A DNA stretch of 64,000 nucleotides from positions 389,477-453,476 of the forward strand of contig CAVVRO010000005.1 in the NCBI GenBank assembly GCA_963750645.1. The letters run 5' to 3'. How positions within the stretch are numbered: the first letter of the stretch is position 1; every line of letters begins with the position of its first letter. This stretch comes from an uncultured Microthrixaceae bacterium (GTDB taxonomy: Bacteria > Actinomycetota > Acidimicrobiia > Acidimicrobiales > VFJN01). The position numbers and the translations under genes are program-made. Under the pieces are notes generated by a model. The model made no database searches, had not been told where the DNA came from, and saw only the letters and a program-made list of their open reading frames with translations. Positions 19,723 through 28,232 of this stretch are shown here, one piece after another.

Positions 19723-20028
19723 ATGGTCACGCCCCCCGACACGCCGGAGTACGCGCCCACCGCGCTCCCTCCCACCGGCGCGCGCGTGCTTGCGTTCGCG
19801 GCCATCCTCGTCGGCGGCTTGTGCGGCGGTCTCATCGGCTACGGGTTCATGCAGCTGCAGTGCGCCGATGACGACTGCACGGTCCTCGCGGGCGCGTTCG
19901 GGCTGCTCGGCGCCGTCATCGGCGCCGTGGGCGTCGGTGTCGTCGCCGTCCTCGCGCTCCGCGCGATGGCCGAGTGGAACACCCGCCCTCCCCAAGACGA
20001 CACCGAGCGACGACGACCTACGAGCTGA
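19723..20028 (+). CDS. small membrane protein (2 predicted TM helices)
   Basis: 101 aa with two hydrophobic stretches flanking QCADDDC. TACGCT box 9 nt upstream of the ATG. Confidence 0.5.
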   Translation: MVTPPDTPEYAPTALPPTGARVLAFAAILVGGLCGGLIGYGFMQLQCADDDCTVLAGAFGLLGAVIGAVGVGVVAVLALRAMAEWNTRPPQDDTERRRPTS

Positions 20029-20719
20029 ACCTGAGGCGGCGGAAGGCCTCCGCGTGGAGGATGCCGGCCCGGCGGCCCTCTTCGGCGGCGCGCTCCTCCA
20101 TCAGCTCGGTCACCAGCGACGGGTCTTCGCCGAGTCGGCTCTCGTGGCACGCGACCGCCGCCACCTTCTGGTCGAGCACCGCGTCGATGTCGACCCACGC
20201 GTCCGCCTCGAGCGTGCCCGACAGCAGGACGAGCCCCACCTGGTGGGCACGGCCGGCCTCCGGCACGTACAGGGGGCTGGCCGCGGGCACCAGCGAGTCG
20301 AGCACCGCCCAGCCGAGCTGCCGGTGGTCACGGTGGTTGACGTAGCTCTCGCCGAAGAAGACGGCGGTGGGATCGGGGGCGACGAGGGCCTCGGGGCGGC
20401 GGCGCCGGATGATCTCCACCAGGCGCGAGCGCAGCGCAGCATCGTTCTCGATGTCGCCGTCGGGGTAGCCGAGGTACTCGACGCCCGCCAGGCCCAGCAC
20501 GGCCGCGGCTCGCTCCACCTCCTCGGCGCGGTGGGCGGCCAGCGCATCCGGATCCGTGGCGGCGTCGAAGCTGCCCTTGTCGCCGCGGTTGGCGATCACC
20601 AGGTGCACCTCGCAGCCCAGCGTGGCCCACCGGGCCAGCGTGCCGCCGCAGCCCACCTCCGGGTCATCCGGGTGGGCGAACACGGCCAGGGCCCGCGCCG
20701 GCGTCGTGGCCTCGATCAT
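20018..20719 (-). CDS. PIG-L family deacetylase (LmbE/MshB-like)
   Basis: ATG 20719 overlaps the ltaE stop (ATGA). VFAHPDDPEVGCGGT motif, HRDH. Confidence 0.85.
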   Translation of the reverse strand: MIEATTPARALAVFAHPDDPEVGCGGTLARWATLGCEVHLVIANRGDKGSFDAATDPDALAAHRAEEVERAAAVLGLAGVEYLGYPDGDIENDAALRSRLVEIIRRRRPEALVAPDPTAVFFGESYVNHRDHRQLGWAVLDSLVPAASPLYVPEAGRAHQVGLVLLSGTLEADAWVDIDAVLDQKVAAVACHESRLGEDPSLVTELMEERAAEEGRRAGILHAEAFRRLRFSS

Positions 20720-21729
20720 GGCGCCGACCCGAGCGCGGCGACGGTGCGCGCCACGTCGTCGTCGTCGATGTCGGCATGGGTGACGAGGCGCACCGAGGTC
20801 GAGCTCCCGGGGACGGCGAGGACGTCCGCGGTGGCGAGGTGCCGCAGCAGCGCGGCCGGGTCCGCGGTGGCGATGCGAACGATGTTGGTTTGCACGAGCG
20901 CGACGTCGATGCATCTTGGCCACCGGTCGGCCGCCGCCCGCGCCAGCAGGCGTGCACGGGCGTGGTCCTCCGCGAGCCGTTCGACGCGCTCGAGGGCGAT
21001 CAACCCGGCGGCGGCGAGGATGCCGACCTGCCGCATCCCGCCTCCGAGCCGCTTTCGTTCGACCCGAGCCCGGCGCACGAGGTCGGCGGGCCCCGCCAGC
21101 AGCGACCCGACGGGCGCACCGAGCCCCTTGGACACGCAGCAGGTGACGGTGGTGGCGTGCGCAGCCCGCTCCGCGACGGTCGTACCGGAGGCCACGGCCG
21201 CGTTCCACAGGCGCGCCCCGTCGAGGTGGACCGGGAGCCCGACGGCGGCCACCGCCTCCAGCCGATGCAGCGGCCATACGCGGCCCCCGACCTCCCCATG
21301 GGTGTCCTCCACGAACACCGCCGACGGCGGCGCCCACCCGACGCGGGCGTCATCGACCCATCGCTGGAGCTCCGTGGGGTCGAGGGTGCCGTCCGCGTCA
21401 TCGAGCGTGACCACCTGGGCGGCCGCGTTCACGCCGGCCGCCGCGGCCTCGCGGACCACGAGGTGCTGCCGCCGGCCCGCGAGCACCACCGTCCCCGCCG
21501 GACCGAGCAGGCGCAGCGCGATCTGGTTGGCCATGGTGCCCGACGGGACGAACAGCGCCGCCTCCTTCCCTATCCGCTCCGCGAAGGCCGCCTCGAGGCG
21601 GGCCACGGTCGGGTCGTCACCGAAGCCGTCGTCGCCGACCTCCGCCTCCGCCATCGCTGTGCGCATCGCGGCGGTCGGGCGCGTCACGGTGTCGCTGCGC
21701 AGGTCGACGCGGCCGTGAGGATCGGGCAC
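20716..21729 (-). CDS. ltaE: low-specificity L-threonine aldolase
   Basis: GTG 21729. VDLRSDTVTRPTAAMRTAMAEAEVGDDGFGDDPTV..., CVSKGLGAPVGS (PLP lysine). Confidence 0.88.
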   Translation of the reverse strand: MPDPHGRVDLRSDTVTRPTAAMRTAMAEAEVGDDGFGDDPTVARLEAAFAERIGKEAALFVPSGTMANQIALRLLGPAGTVVLAGRRQHLVVREAAAAGVNAAAQVVTLDDADGTLDPTELQRWVDDARVGWAPPSAVFVEDTHGEVGGRVWPLHRLEAVAAVGLPVHLDGARLWNAAVASGTTVAERAAHATTVTCCVSKGLGAPVGSLLAGPADLVRRARVERKRLGGGMRQVGILAAAGLIALERVERLAEDHARARLLARAAADRWPRCIDVALVQTNIVRIATADPAALLRHLATADVLAVPGSSTSVRLVTHADIDDDDVARTVAALGSAP

Positions 21730-21742
21730 GCACCGGAACCTA

Positions 21743-22558
21743 GTGTCACCCCCGGTGACCGCCACATCCGACCTGGACGACCTGCGCACCCTCGCCGAGC
21801 GGGTCGCTCGCCGGGCCGGCGCCCTCCTCCTCGACGGCGCCGGGCGCGTGCGGGCCGAGGTCAGCACGAAGTCGACGGGCACGGACATGGTCACCGAGAT
21901 GGACCGGGCGTCCGAGGCGCTGATCACGGACGGGCTGCTCGGCGCCCGACCGCACGACGGGATCCTCGGCGAGGAGGGCGTCGACATCGCGGGGACCAGC
22001 GGCGTCCGATGGGTCGTCGATCCCCTCGACGGCACCACCAACTACCTCTACGGGTTCCCCGGCTTCAACGTCTCCATCGCGGCGGAGGTGGACGGACAGG
22101 CGGCGGTGGGTGTCGTGTACGACGTCGTGCGCGACGAGCTGTTCAGCGCCGCCCGCGGCACCGGCGCCACCCGCGACGGCCAGCCGATCCGCCCCTCGGG
22201 CGCCACGGAGCTCTGGCACGCCCTGCTCGGCACAGGCTTCGCCTACGACCCGGACCGGCGGCGGCGCCAGGCACAGGTGCTCGTCGACGTCCTCCCCCAG
22301 GTGCGAGACGTCCGCCGGCAGGGCGCCGCCGCGCTCGACCTCTGCTCGGTGGCCTGCGGACGGCTCGACGCCTACTACGAGCGGGGGCTGGCCCCATGGG
22401 ATCTCGCCGCCGGCGGGCTCATCGCGACCGAGGCGGGTGCCGTCGTCACGGACCTCGACGGCGCGGCGCCCGTCGCCGGGTCGGTCGTGGCCGCCACACC
22501 GGGGATCGCCGCCGCCCTGCTCGACCTCCTCGCCACGACGGGGGCCGCGACGGCCTGA
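21743..22558 (+). CDS. inositol monophosphatase family protein
   Basis: ILGEEG, WVVDPLDGTTNY, ...WDLAAG... An alternative in-frame GTG at 21755 fits a leaderless start after TAGTGT (21741-21746). Confidence 0.88.
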   Translation: MSPPVTATSDLDDLRTLAERVARRAGALLLDGAGRVRAEVSTKSTGTDMVTEMDRASEALITDGLLGARPHDGILGEEGVDIAGTSGVRWVVDPLDGTTNYLYGFPGFNVSIAAEVDGQAAVGVVYDVVRDELFSAARGTGATRDGQPIRPSGATELWHALLGTGFAYDPDRRRRQAQVLVDVLPQVRDVRRQGAAALDLCSVACGRLDAYYERGLAPWDLAAGGLIATEAGAVVTDLDGAAPVAGSVVAATPGIAAALLDLLATTGAATA

Positions 22559-22564
22559 CGCTCC

Positions 22565-22585
22565 GGGCGATGGGCACCATCGCCC
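22565..22585 (+). terminator. 9-bp GC-rich hairpin 7 nt after the IMPase stop
   Basis: 'gggcgatgg-gca-ccatcgccc', perfect stem, no U-tract. Confidence 0.3.
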
Positions 22586-22667
22586 AGGCAGATCGCGCCG
22601 GCCTTGTAACCCGATCGCAATCCGAACGGCACCGGACCGCCGATCGCGCCCGTCACGCTCACCGCCC

Positions 22668-22973
22668 ATGACACCCGTCGCCGCTCGACGATCGCCGGTG
22701 ACCGTCCGCACCGCTGGTGCGGCCGTGATCCTCGAGCTCGCAGATCTCCTCGACGCTCAGATCGGTGCGGCCCTCGTGGCGGCGGCGGACGCCGCGCTCG
22801 CCACGCAGCCTGACCGGGTGGACATCGACCTGCGCAACCTGCAGTCCTGGACCCAGGAGGGCGCCCTCGCCCTGGTCCGCTGCCGGGAGATCTGTGGCGA
22901 TCTTCCGGACGGCCTGCACTACCGCACCGGCCGCGGCCCGGGCCGAGCGGCCCTGCTCGCCGCCTACGCCTGA
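22668..22973 (+). CDS. STAS domain protein (anti-sigma-factor-antagonist-like)
   Basis: 101 aa: ...VILELADLLDAQIGAALVAAADAAL...RVDIDLRNLQSWTQEGALALVRC... No partner kinase or anti-sigma gene is nearby. Confidence 0.55.
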   Translation: MTPVAARRSPVTVRTAGAAVILELADLLDAQIGAALVAAADAALATQPDRVDIDLRNLQSWTQEGALALVRCREICGDLPDGLHYRTGRGPGRAALLAAYA

Positions 22974-23004
22974 GCCGGCGACCCTCACCTAGGCTGTCCC
23001 GCGC

Positions 23005-23685
23005 ATGAGCACGCGCATCCTGGCCGTCGAGGACGACGAGCGCATCCGCGCCGCCGTGAAGCTCGCCCTGGAGGACGAGGGCTGGGCGGTCACCGAGGCG
23101 GCCACCGGCGAGGATGCGCTGCTGGCCTTCCAACGGGAGCCGGCCGATGTCGTGCTGATCGACATCATGCTCCCAGGCATCGACGGCTTCGAGGTCTGCC
23201 GGGCGATCCGCCGCCTCTCGGACGTGCCGATCGTGATGGTCACGGCGCGGGCCGACACCCACGACGTGGTCGCCGGGCTCGAAGCGGGCGCTGACGACTA
23301 CCTGACGAAGCCCTTTGCCCCCAAGGAGCTGTCGGCTCGCATCCGGGCGCTGCTCCGCCGCGCGCGCACCGCCGACGTCAGCTCGCCCCACCTGCGCTTC
23401 GGCGACCTCGAGATCGTCCCCGAAGAAGGCGTCGTCCGGCGCAGCGGACGAGACGTGCACCTCACCAAGACCGAGTTCCGCGTCCTGGTGGAGCTGGCGC
23501 AGAGCCCGGGTCGCGTGTTCAGCCGCGAGGTGCTGCTCGAGCGGATCTGGGGCTACGGGTACTTCGGGGACGGCCGGCTCGTCGACGTCCACGTCCGGCG
23601 CCTCCGCACCAAGGTCGAGGCCGACCCCGCCAACCCGCGCCACGTCGTGACGGTGCGGGGCCTCGGCTACAAGCTCCAGGTCTGA
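23005..23685 (+). CDS. mtrA: OmpR-family response regulator MtrA
   Basis: 226 aa with ILAVEDDE...DVVLIDIMLPGIDG...GADDYLTKPF... and a winged helix ...LVDVHVRRLRTKVE...VRGLGYK. mtrA-mtrB-lpqB synteny. Confidence 0.92.
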   Translation: MSTRILAVEDDERIRAAVKLALEDEGWAVTEAATGEDALLAFQREPADVVLIDIMLPGIDGFEVCRAIRRLSDVPIVMVTARADTHDVVAGLEAGADDYLTKPFAPKELSARIRALLRRARTADVSSPHLRFGDLEIVPEEGVVRRSGRDVHLTKTEFRVLVELAQSPGRVFSREVLLERIWGYGYFGDGRLVDVHVRRLRTKVEADPANPRHVVTVRGLGYKLQV

Positions 23686-23693
23686 CCGGCGCC

Positions 23694-25079
23694 GTGCGCC
23701 GGTTCCGCCTGATTCGACGGCTCGGTCTCCGTGCCCGGATCACGCTGGCGTTCGCCGTCGGCGCGCTCCTGCTGTCCGCGCTCCTGGCCGGCACCACCTG
23801 GGCTCTGACCCGCGAGAACCTCCTCAACCAGCGGGAGGACGCTGCCACCGTGGTCGTGTACCAGAACGCCGAGATCGTGCAGCAGCGGGTGCGGGACACC
23901 GACGCCCAGACGCTGCTCGGCTCGCTGCGGACGCTGGGTGCCCAGCCGATCCTCTACAACGACGGCGAGTACGTCGCGCTCACCCCCGAGTTCGGGCAGG
24001 ATGCGCTCCCGATGGAGCTGCGGAACGCAGTGGTCGACGGGCAGCCGAGCCGGATGCGGTACCGGATCGACGGCGACATGCAGCTCGCCGTCGGCATCCC
24101 CATCCCCTCGGAGCAGGTCGCCTACTTCGAGATCGTCTCGCTGCAGGACGTCGAGGACACGCTGGATGCCCTCGCGGTGTCGCTGTTGGGAGCCTCACTG
24201 GTGACCACCCTGGCGGGCGCGGGGTTCGGGTGGTGGGCCAGCCGGCGGGCGCTGCGGCCTTTGAGCGGAGTCTCGAGCGCGGCGACGGCATTGGCGGCCG
24301 GGCGGCTCGACACGCGGCTCGAGCCCAGCGACGACCCCGACCTGCGATCCATCACGTCGTCCTTCAACGACATGGCCCAGGCGCTGCAGGATCGGATCGA
24401 GCGAGACGCGCGCTTCGCGTCCGACGTGAGCCACGAGCTGCGCTCGCCGCTCATGACGCTGGCGGCGTCGATCGAGGTGATGGACAACCAGCGCGACGAC
24501 CTGCCCGAACGAGCCCGCGCGGCGCTCGACCTGATGGTCGGCGACATCGATCGCTTCCAGCAGCTCGTGGAGGACCTGCTCGAGATCTCCCGCTTCGACG
24601 CCGGAGTCGTGCGCCTCGAGCTCGAGGAGGTCCACCTCGCCGAGCTGGTGATGCAGGCGGTCAGTCACTCGACGGACGCCGACGTCCCCGTGGAGCTCGA
24701 CGCCGAGCTGGCCGGCGTCGTCGTGCAAGCCGACAAGCGCCGGATCGTCCGCGTGATCGCCAACCTGCTCGACAACGCGGCGAAGTACGGCGGTGGGGCG
24801 ACGAGCGTGTCCCTGCGCCGGGCTGACCACGGCGTGCAGATCGCGGTCGAGGACCGCGGCGAGGGAGTCTCCGAGGAGGACAGAGACCTGATCTTCGACC
24901 GCTTCAACCGGGGCACCGCGGCAGGCCGGCGCGGCAGCAGCGAAGGGGTGGGCCTCGGCCTGGCCCTCGTGAAGGAGCACGTCCACCTCCACGGCGGGCT
25001 CGTGTGGGTCGAGGACCGGGCGGATGGCCAACCCGGCGCCCGCTTCGTGGTGGAGCTCCCCGTGGAGGAGCACGAGTGA
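23694..25079 (+). CDS. mtrB: sensor histidine kinase MtrB
   Basis: 461 aa, GTG start. Two TM helices, HAMP, H-box FASDVSHELRSPL, N/G boxes NLLDNAAKYG and GVGLGLA. Confidence 0.9.
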   Translation: MRRFRLIRRLGLRARITLAFAVGALLLSALLAGTTWALTRENLLNQREDAATVVVYQNAEIVQQRVRDTDAQTLLGSLRTLGAQPILYNDGEYVALTPEFGQDALPMELRNAVVDGQPSRMRYRIDGDMQLAVGIPIPSEQVAYFEIVSLQDVEDTLDALAVSLLGASLVTTLAGAGFGWWASRRALRPLSGVSSAATALAAGRLDTRLEPSDDPDLRSITSSFNDMAQALQDRIERDARFASDVSHELRSPLMTLAASIEVMDNQRDDLPERARAALDLMVGDIDRFQQLVEDLLEISRFDAGVVRLELEEVHLAELVMQAVSHSTDADVPVELDAELAGVVVQADKRRIVRVIANLLDNAAKYGGGATSVSLRRADHGVQIAVEDRGEGVSEEDRDLIFDRFNRGTAAGRRGSSEGVGLGLALVKEHVHLHGGLVWVEDRADGQPGARFVVELPVEEHE

Positions 25080-25666
25080 TCCGCCGGCTGGTGATCGCGC
25101 TCGTTGCCCTGGCGGCCCTGGTGGGCGGGTGCGGGCTGTCCGAGGACAGCAGCCCGCACGCGATCGCGCCCGAGAACCTGCCACCGGATCTGCTCGACCC
25201 GGAGGCGGGCACGAGCACGACCCTGTCACCATCGGGGTCGGAGTCGGTCAACGTCTACTTCCTCGAGACGGTCGGCGACGAGGTCAGTCTCTTCAAGGTG
25301 GAGCGGCAGGTGCCTGACGCCGACGACCCTGGCGACCGCCTCATCGCCCTGCTCGCGCAGCCATCCGAGGACGAGGCCGCGAAGGGGCTCACGACCTCGA
25401 TCCCGGCCGACACAACCCTCCGGGCCGTGCCCGTGCTGAACGAGGAGACCGGCGAGCTCGTCATCGACCTCTCCAGCGAGTTCCTCTCCATCGAGGGTCC
25501 GGAGCTGCCCAAGGCCTTCGCCCAGATCGTGTGGACGGTGACGGAGCCCGGCAGCGACGTGGAGCTGGTGCGCTTCCTCGTCGACGGTGAGGAGATCCGA
25601 GCCCAGAACGCCGACGGGGCGGAGCAGGAGACCGTCAGACGGGAGGACTACAACGCCTTCCGCTGA
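25076..25666 (+). CDS. LpqB-position lipoprotein consisting only of a GerMN-like domain
   Basis: GTG 25076 overlaps the mtrB stop (GTGA). Lipobox LVGGC. VNVYFLE...LIALLAQPSEDEAAKGLTTSIPADT...VIDLSSEF...QIVWTVTE...VRFLVDGEE. Confidence 0.75.
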   Translation: MIRRLVIALVALAALVGGCGLSEDSSPHAIAPENLPPDLLDPEAGTSTTLSPSGSESVNVYFLETVGDEVSLFKVERQVPDADDPGDRLIALLAQPSEDEAAKGLTTSIPADTTLRAVPVLNEETGELVIDLSSEFLSIEGPELPKAFAQIVWTVTEPGSDVELVRFLVDGEEIRAQNADGAEQETVRREDYNAFR

Positions 25667-25667
25667 A

Positions 25668-26699
25668 TCACTCGAAGAACACCTGGGCCACGTCGTAGAG
25701 CTGGGGATCGACGAGCTTCAGCTCCCCGACGGCCTCGGACAGCGACACCCGGACGACACGATCGCACTGCAGCGCGACCATCGTGCCCCAGGCGCCGTCG
25801 TGCACGGCGTCGATGGCCGCGACCCCGAAGCGCGTCGCGAGCACACGGTCGAACGCCGTGGGGGTGCCGCCGCGCTGCACGTGGCCCAGAGTCGTCACCC
25901 GCGTCTCGTAGCCCGTGCGGTTCTCGATCTCCTCGGCGAGGCGCGTCCCGATCCCGCCGAGGCGCACATGGCCGAACGCATCGACCTCGCCCGACTGGAG
26001 CTCCATGGAGCCCGCCGTGGGTGTCGCTCCCTCCGAGACGACGACGATGGACGCCAGCCGCTTGCCCGTCGTGTGCCGGTGCCGGATGGCGTCGCACACC
26101 GCCTCCACGTCGAAGGGCTGCTCCGGGATCAGCGTGATGGTGGCGCCACCGGCGATGCCCGCCCACGCGGCGATGTGCCCGGCGTGCCGGCCCATCACCT
26201 CGACGACCATCACGCGGTCATGGCTCTCGGCGGTCGTGTGCAGCCGGTCGATCGCGTCGACGCAGATCTGGACCGCGGTGTTGAAGCCGAACGTGAGCTC
26301 CGTGGCCGACAGGTCGTTGTCGATCGTCTTCGGCACGCCGACGACGGCGACTCCCTCCCCCGCCAGCCGGTGCGCCACGCCCAGCGTGTCCTCGCCGCCG
26401 ATGGCGATGAGGGCGTCGATCCCGTGCTCGGCCAGGGTGGCGCGCACCCGCTCCGCGCCCCCGTCGACCTTGTAGGGGTTGGTGCGCGACGAGCCGATCA
26501 CGGTGCCACCGCGCGGCAGGGTGCCTCGCATCTGCTCGATGCCGAGGGGCACGAGCCGACCCTCCAGCGCTCCCTTCCATCCGTCGACGAACCCCACGAG
26601 CTCGTCGCCATAGGTGCGCTCGCCCTTGCGGGCGACGGCGCGCATGACGGCGTTGAGCCCGGGGCAGTCGCCGCCGCCGGTGAGCATGGCCACTCGCAT
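25668..26699 (-). CDS. pfkA: 6-phosphofructokinase (PFK-A family, PPi-type signature residues)
   Basis: 343 aa with LTGGGDCPGLNAV, IGGEDTLG, GVPKTIDNDL, MGRHAGHIA. GGAGGA lies 6 nt upstream of the ATG. Confidence 0.92.
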   Translation of the reverse strand: MRVAMLTGGGDCPGLNAVMRAVARKGERTYGDELVGFVDGWKGALEGRLVPLGIEQMRGTLPRGGTVIGSSRTNPYKVDGGAERVRATLAEHGIDALIAIGGEDTLGVAHRLAGEGVAVVGVPKTIDNDLSATELTFGFNTAVQICVDAIDRLHTTAESHDRVMVVEVMGRHAGHIAAWAGIAGGATITLIPEQPFDVEAVCDAIRHRHTTGKRLASIVVVSEGATPTAGSMELQSGEVDAFGHVRLGGIGTRLAEEIENRTGYETRVTTLGHVQRGGTPTAFDRVLATRFGVAAIDAVHDGAWGTMVALQCDRVVRVSLSEAVGELKLVDPQLYDVAQVFFE

Positions 26700-26725
26700 G
26701 TGCGCTCCTCCTGGGATCTCGCCCC

Positions 26726-26739
26726 GAACCTATAGGTTC
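26726..26739. promoter_or_regulatory. perfect 14-bp palindrome GAACCTATAGGTTC between divergent pfkA and glpK, carrying a TAGGTT -10-like hexamer on each strand
   Basis: AT-rich palindrome in a very GC-rich spacer. TAGGTT lies 9 nt upstream of the glpK ATG, and on the other strand about 27 nt upstream of the pfkA ATG. Confidence 0.4.
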
Positions 26740-26747
26740 TGAGCCCG

Positions 26748-28229
26748 ATGTCTGTCGTGATCGCCGTCGACGCCGGCACCACCGGGGTGCGCTCGTTCGC
26801 GTTGCGCGACGACGGCACCGCCGCGGGCTACTCGTACCGTGAGTTCACGCAGCACTTCCCCCGACCCGGCTGGGTGGAGCACGACCCGCTCGAGATCTGG
26901 ACGGCCGTGCAGGCCACCCTCACGGACCTGTCCGAACGGCTCACGGAGCCGGTCGCCGCCGTCGGCATCACGGATCAGCGGGAGACGGTGGTGGCCTGGG
27001 ATCGCCGCACGGGCCAGCCCCTCCACCGCGCCATCGTGTGGCAGGACCGTCGCACCGCGGAGCGTTGCGACGCGCTCAGGGCGGAGGGCGTCGAGCCGCT
27101 GGTGCGGGCCACCACCGGCCTGGTCCTCGATCCGTACTTCACCGCGACCAAGGCCGAGTGGCTCCTCACGGAGGGCGGCGTGCAGGTGACGCCCGACCTG
27201 GCGATCGGCACCGTCGACTCGTGGGTCCTGTGGAACCTGACCGGCGGCCGGGACGGCGGGGTGCTGGCCACCGAGCCGTCGAACGCCAGCCGCACGATGC
27301 TGTTCGACATCCGCAGGCTGGCCTGGTCCGAGGAGCTGCTCGACCGCTTCGGGGTGCCCGCATCGGCGCTGCCCGAGGTGCGCCCGTCCAGCGGCCGTTT
27401 CGGCGTGACCGCATCGGGGGCGGGCATCGCCGCGGGGATCCCGGTGTCCGGCATCGCCGGTGACCAGCAGGCGGCCCTGTTCGGCCAGGCGTGCCTCGAG
27501 CCCGGCATGACCAAGAACACGTACGGCACGGGGAGCTTCGTGCTGATGCACGTCGGCGACACCTGTCCGGAACCCGTCGACGGGCTCCTCACGACGGTCG
27601 GCTGGACCCTCGCCGACGGCACCCTCGCCTACGCCCTCGAGGGCGCCATCTTCGCGACCGGCGCCGCGGTCCAGTGGCTGCGCGACGGCCTGGGCATCAT
27701 CGAGCGCGCCAGTGAGATCGCAGCGTTGGCGGCCACGGTCCCGGACACGGAGGGCTGCTACGTCGTCCCCGCCTTCACCGGGCTGGGCAGCCCCTGGTGG
27801 GACCCGTACGCGCGCGGCACGATCGTCGGCATCACCCGAGGCACCGGCCGCGGCCACATCGCCCGAGCGGTGCTCGAGTCGATCAGCCTCCAGACCCGGG
27901 ACGTGGTCACGGCCATGAGCGCGGCGTCCGGTCACCCGATCCGCGCCCTCAAGGCCGACGGCGGCGCCGCGGCCAACGACCTGCTGCTGCAGCTCCAGGC
28001 CGACGATCTGCAGGTGCCCGTGTCGAGGCCGGTCATCCAGGAGACGACCGCGCTCGGGGCGGCCTACCTCGCCGGGCTGGCCGAGGGCCTCTGGGGCTCC
28101 CCCTCGGACATCACCGCCAACTGGCGCCTGGACGCGGAGTTCCAGCCGCAGAACGACCCGGCGGCGGCCGAGGCCCGGCACACCGCCTGGGCTCGCGCCG
28201 TCGAGCGCTCCCGCGGGTGGGACGATTGA
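26748..28229 (+). CDS. glpK: glycerol kinase
   Basis: 493 aa with IAVDAGTTGVRSF..., ITDQRETVVAWD, GDQQAALFGQ, YGTGSF. Confidence 0.95.
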   Translation: MSVVIAVDAGTTGVRSFALRDDGTAAGYSYREFTQHFPRPGWVEHDPLEIWTAVQATLTDLSERLTEPVAAVGITDQRETVVAWDRRTGQPLHRAIVWQDRRTAERCDALRAEGVEPLVRATTGLVLDPYFTATKAEWLLTEGGVQVTPDLAIGTVDSWVLWNLTGGRDGGVLATEPSNASRTMLFDIRRLAWSEELLDRFGVPASALPEVRPSSGRFGVTASGAGIAAGIPVSGIAGDQQAALFGQACLEPGMTKNTYGTGSFVLMHVGDTCPEPVDGLLTTVGWTLADGTLAYALEGAIFATGAAVQWLRDGLGIIERASEIAALAATVPDTEGCYVVPAFTGLGSPWWDPYARGTIVGITRGTGRGHIARAVLESISLQTRDVVTAMSAASGHPIRALKADGGAAANDLLLQLQADDLQVPVSRPVIQETTALGAAYLAGLAEGLWGSPSDITANWRLDAEFQPQNDPAAAEARHTAWARAVERSRGWDD

Positions 28230-28232
28230 GCC

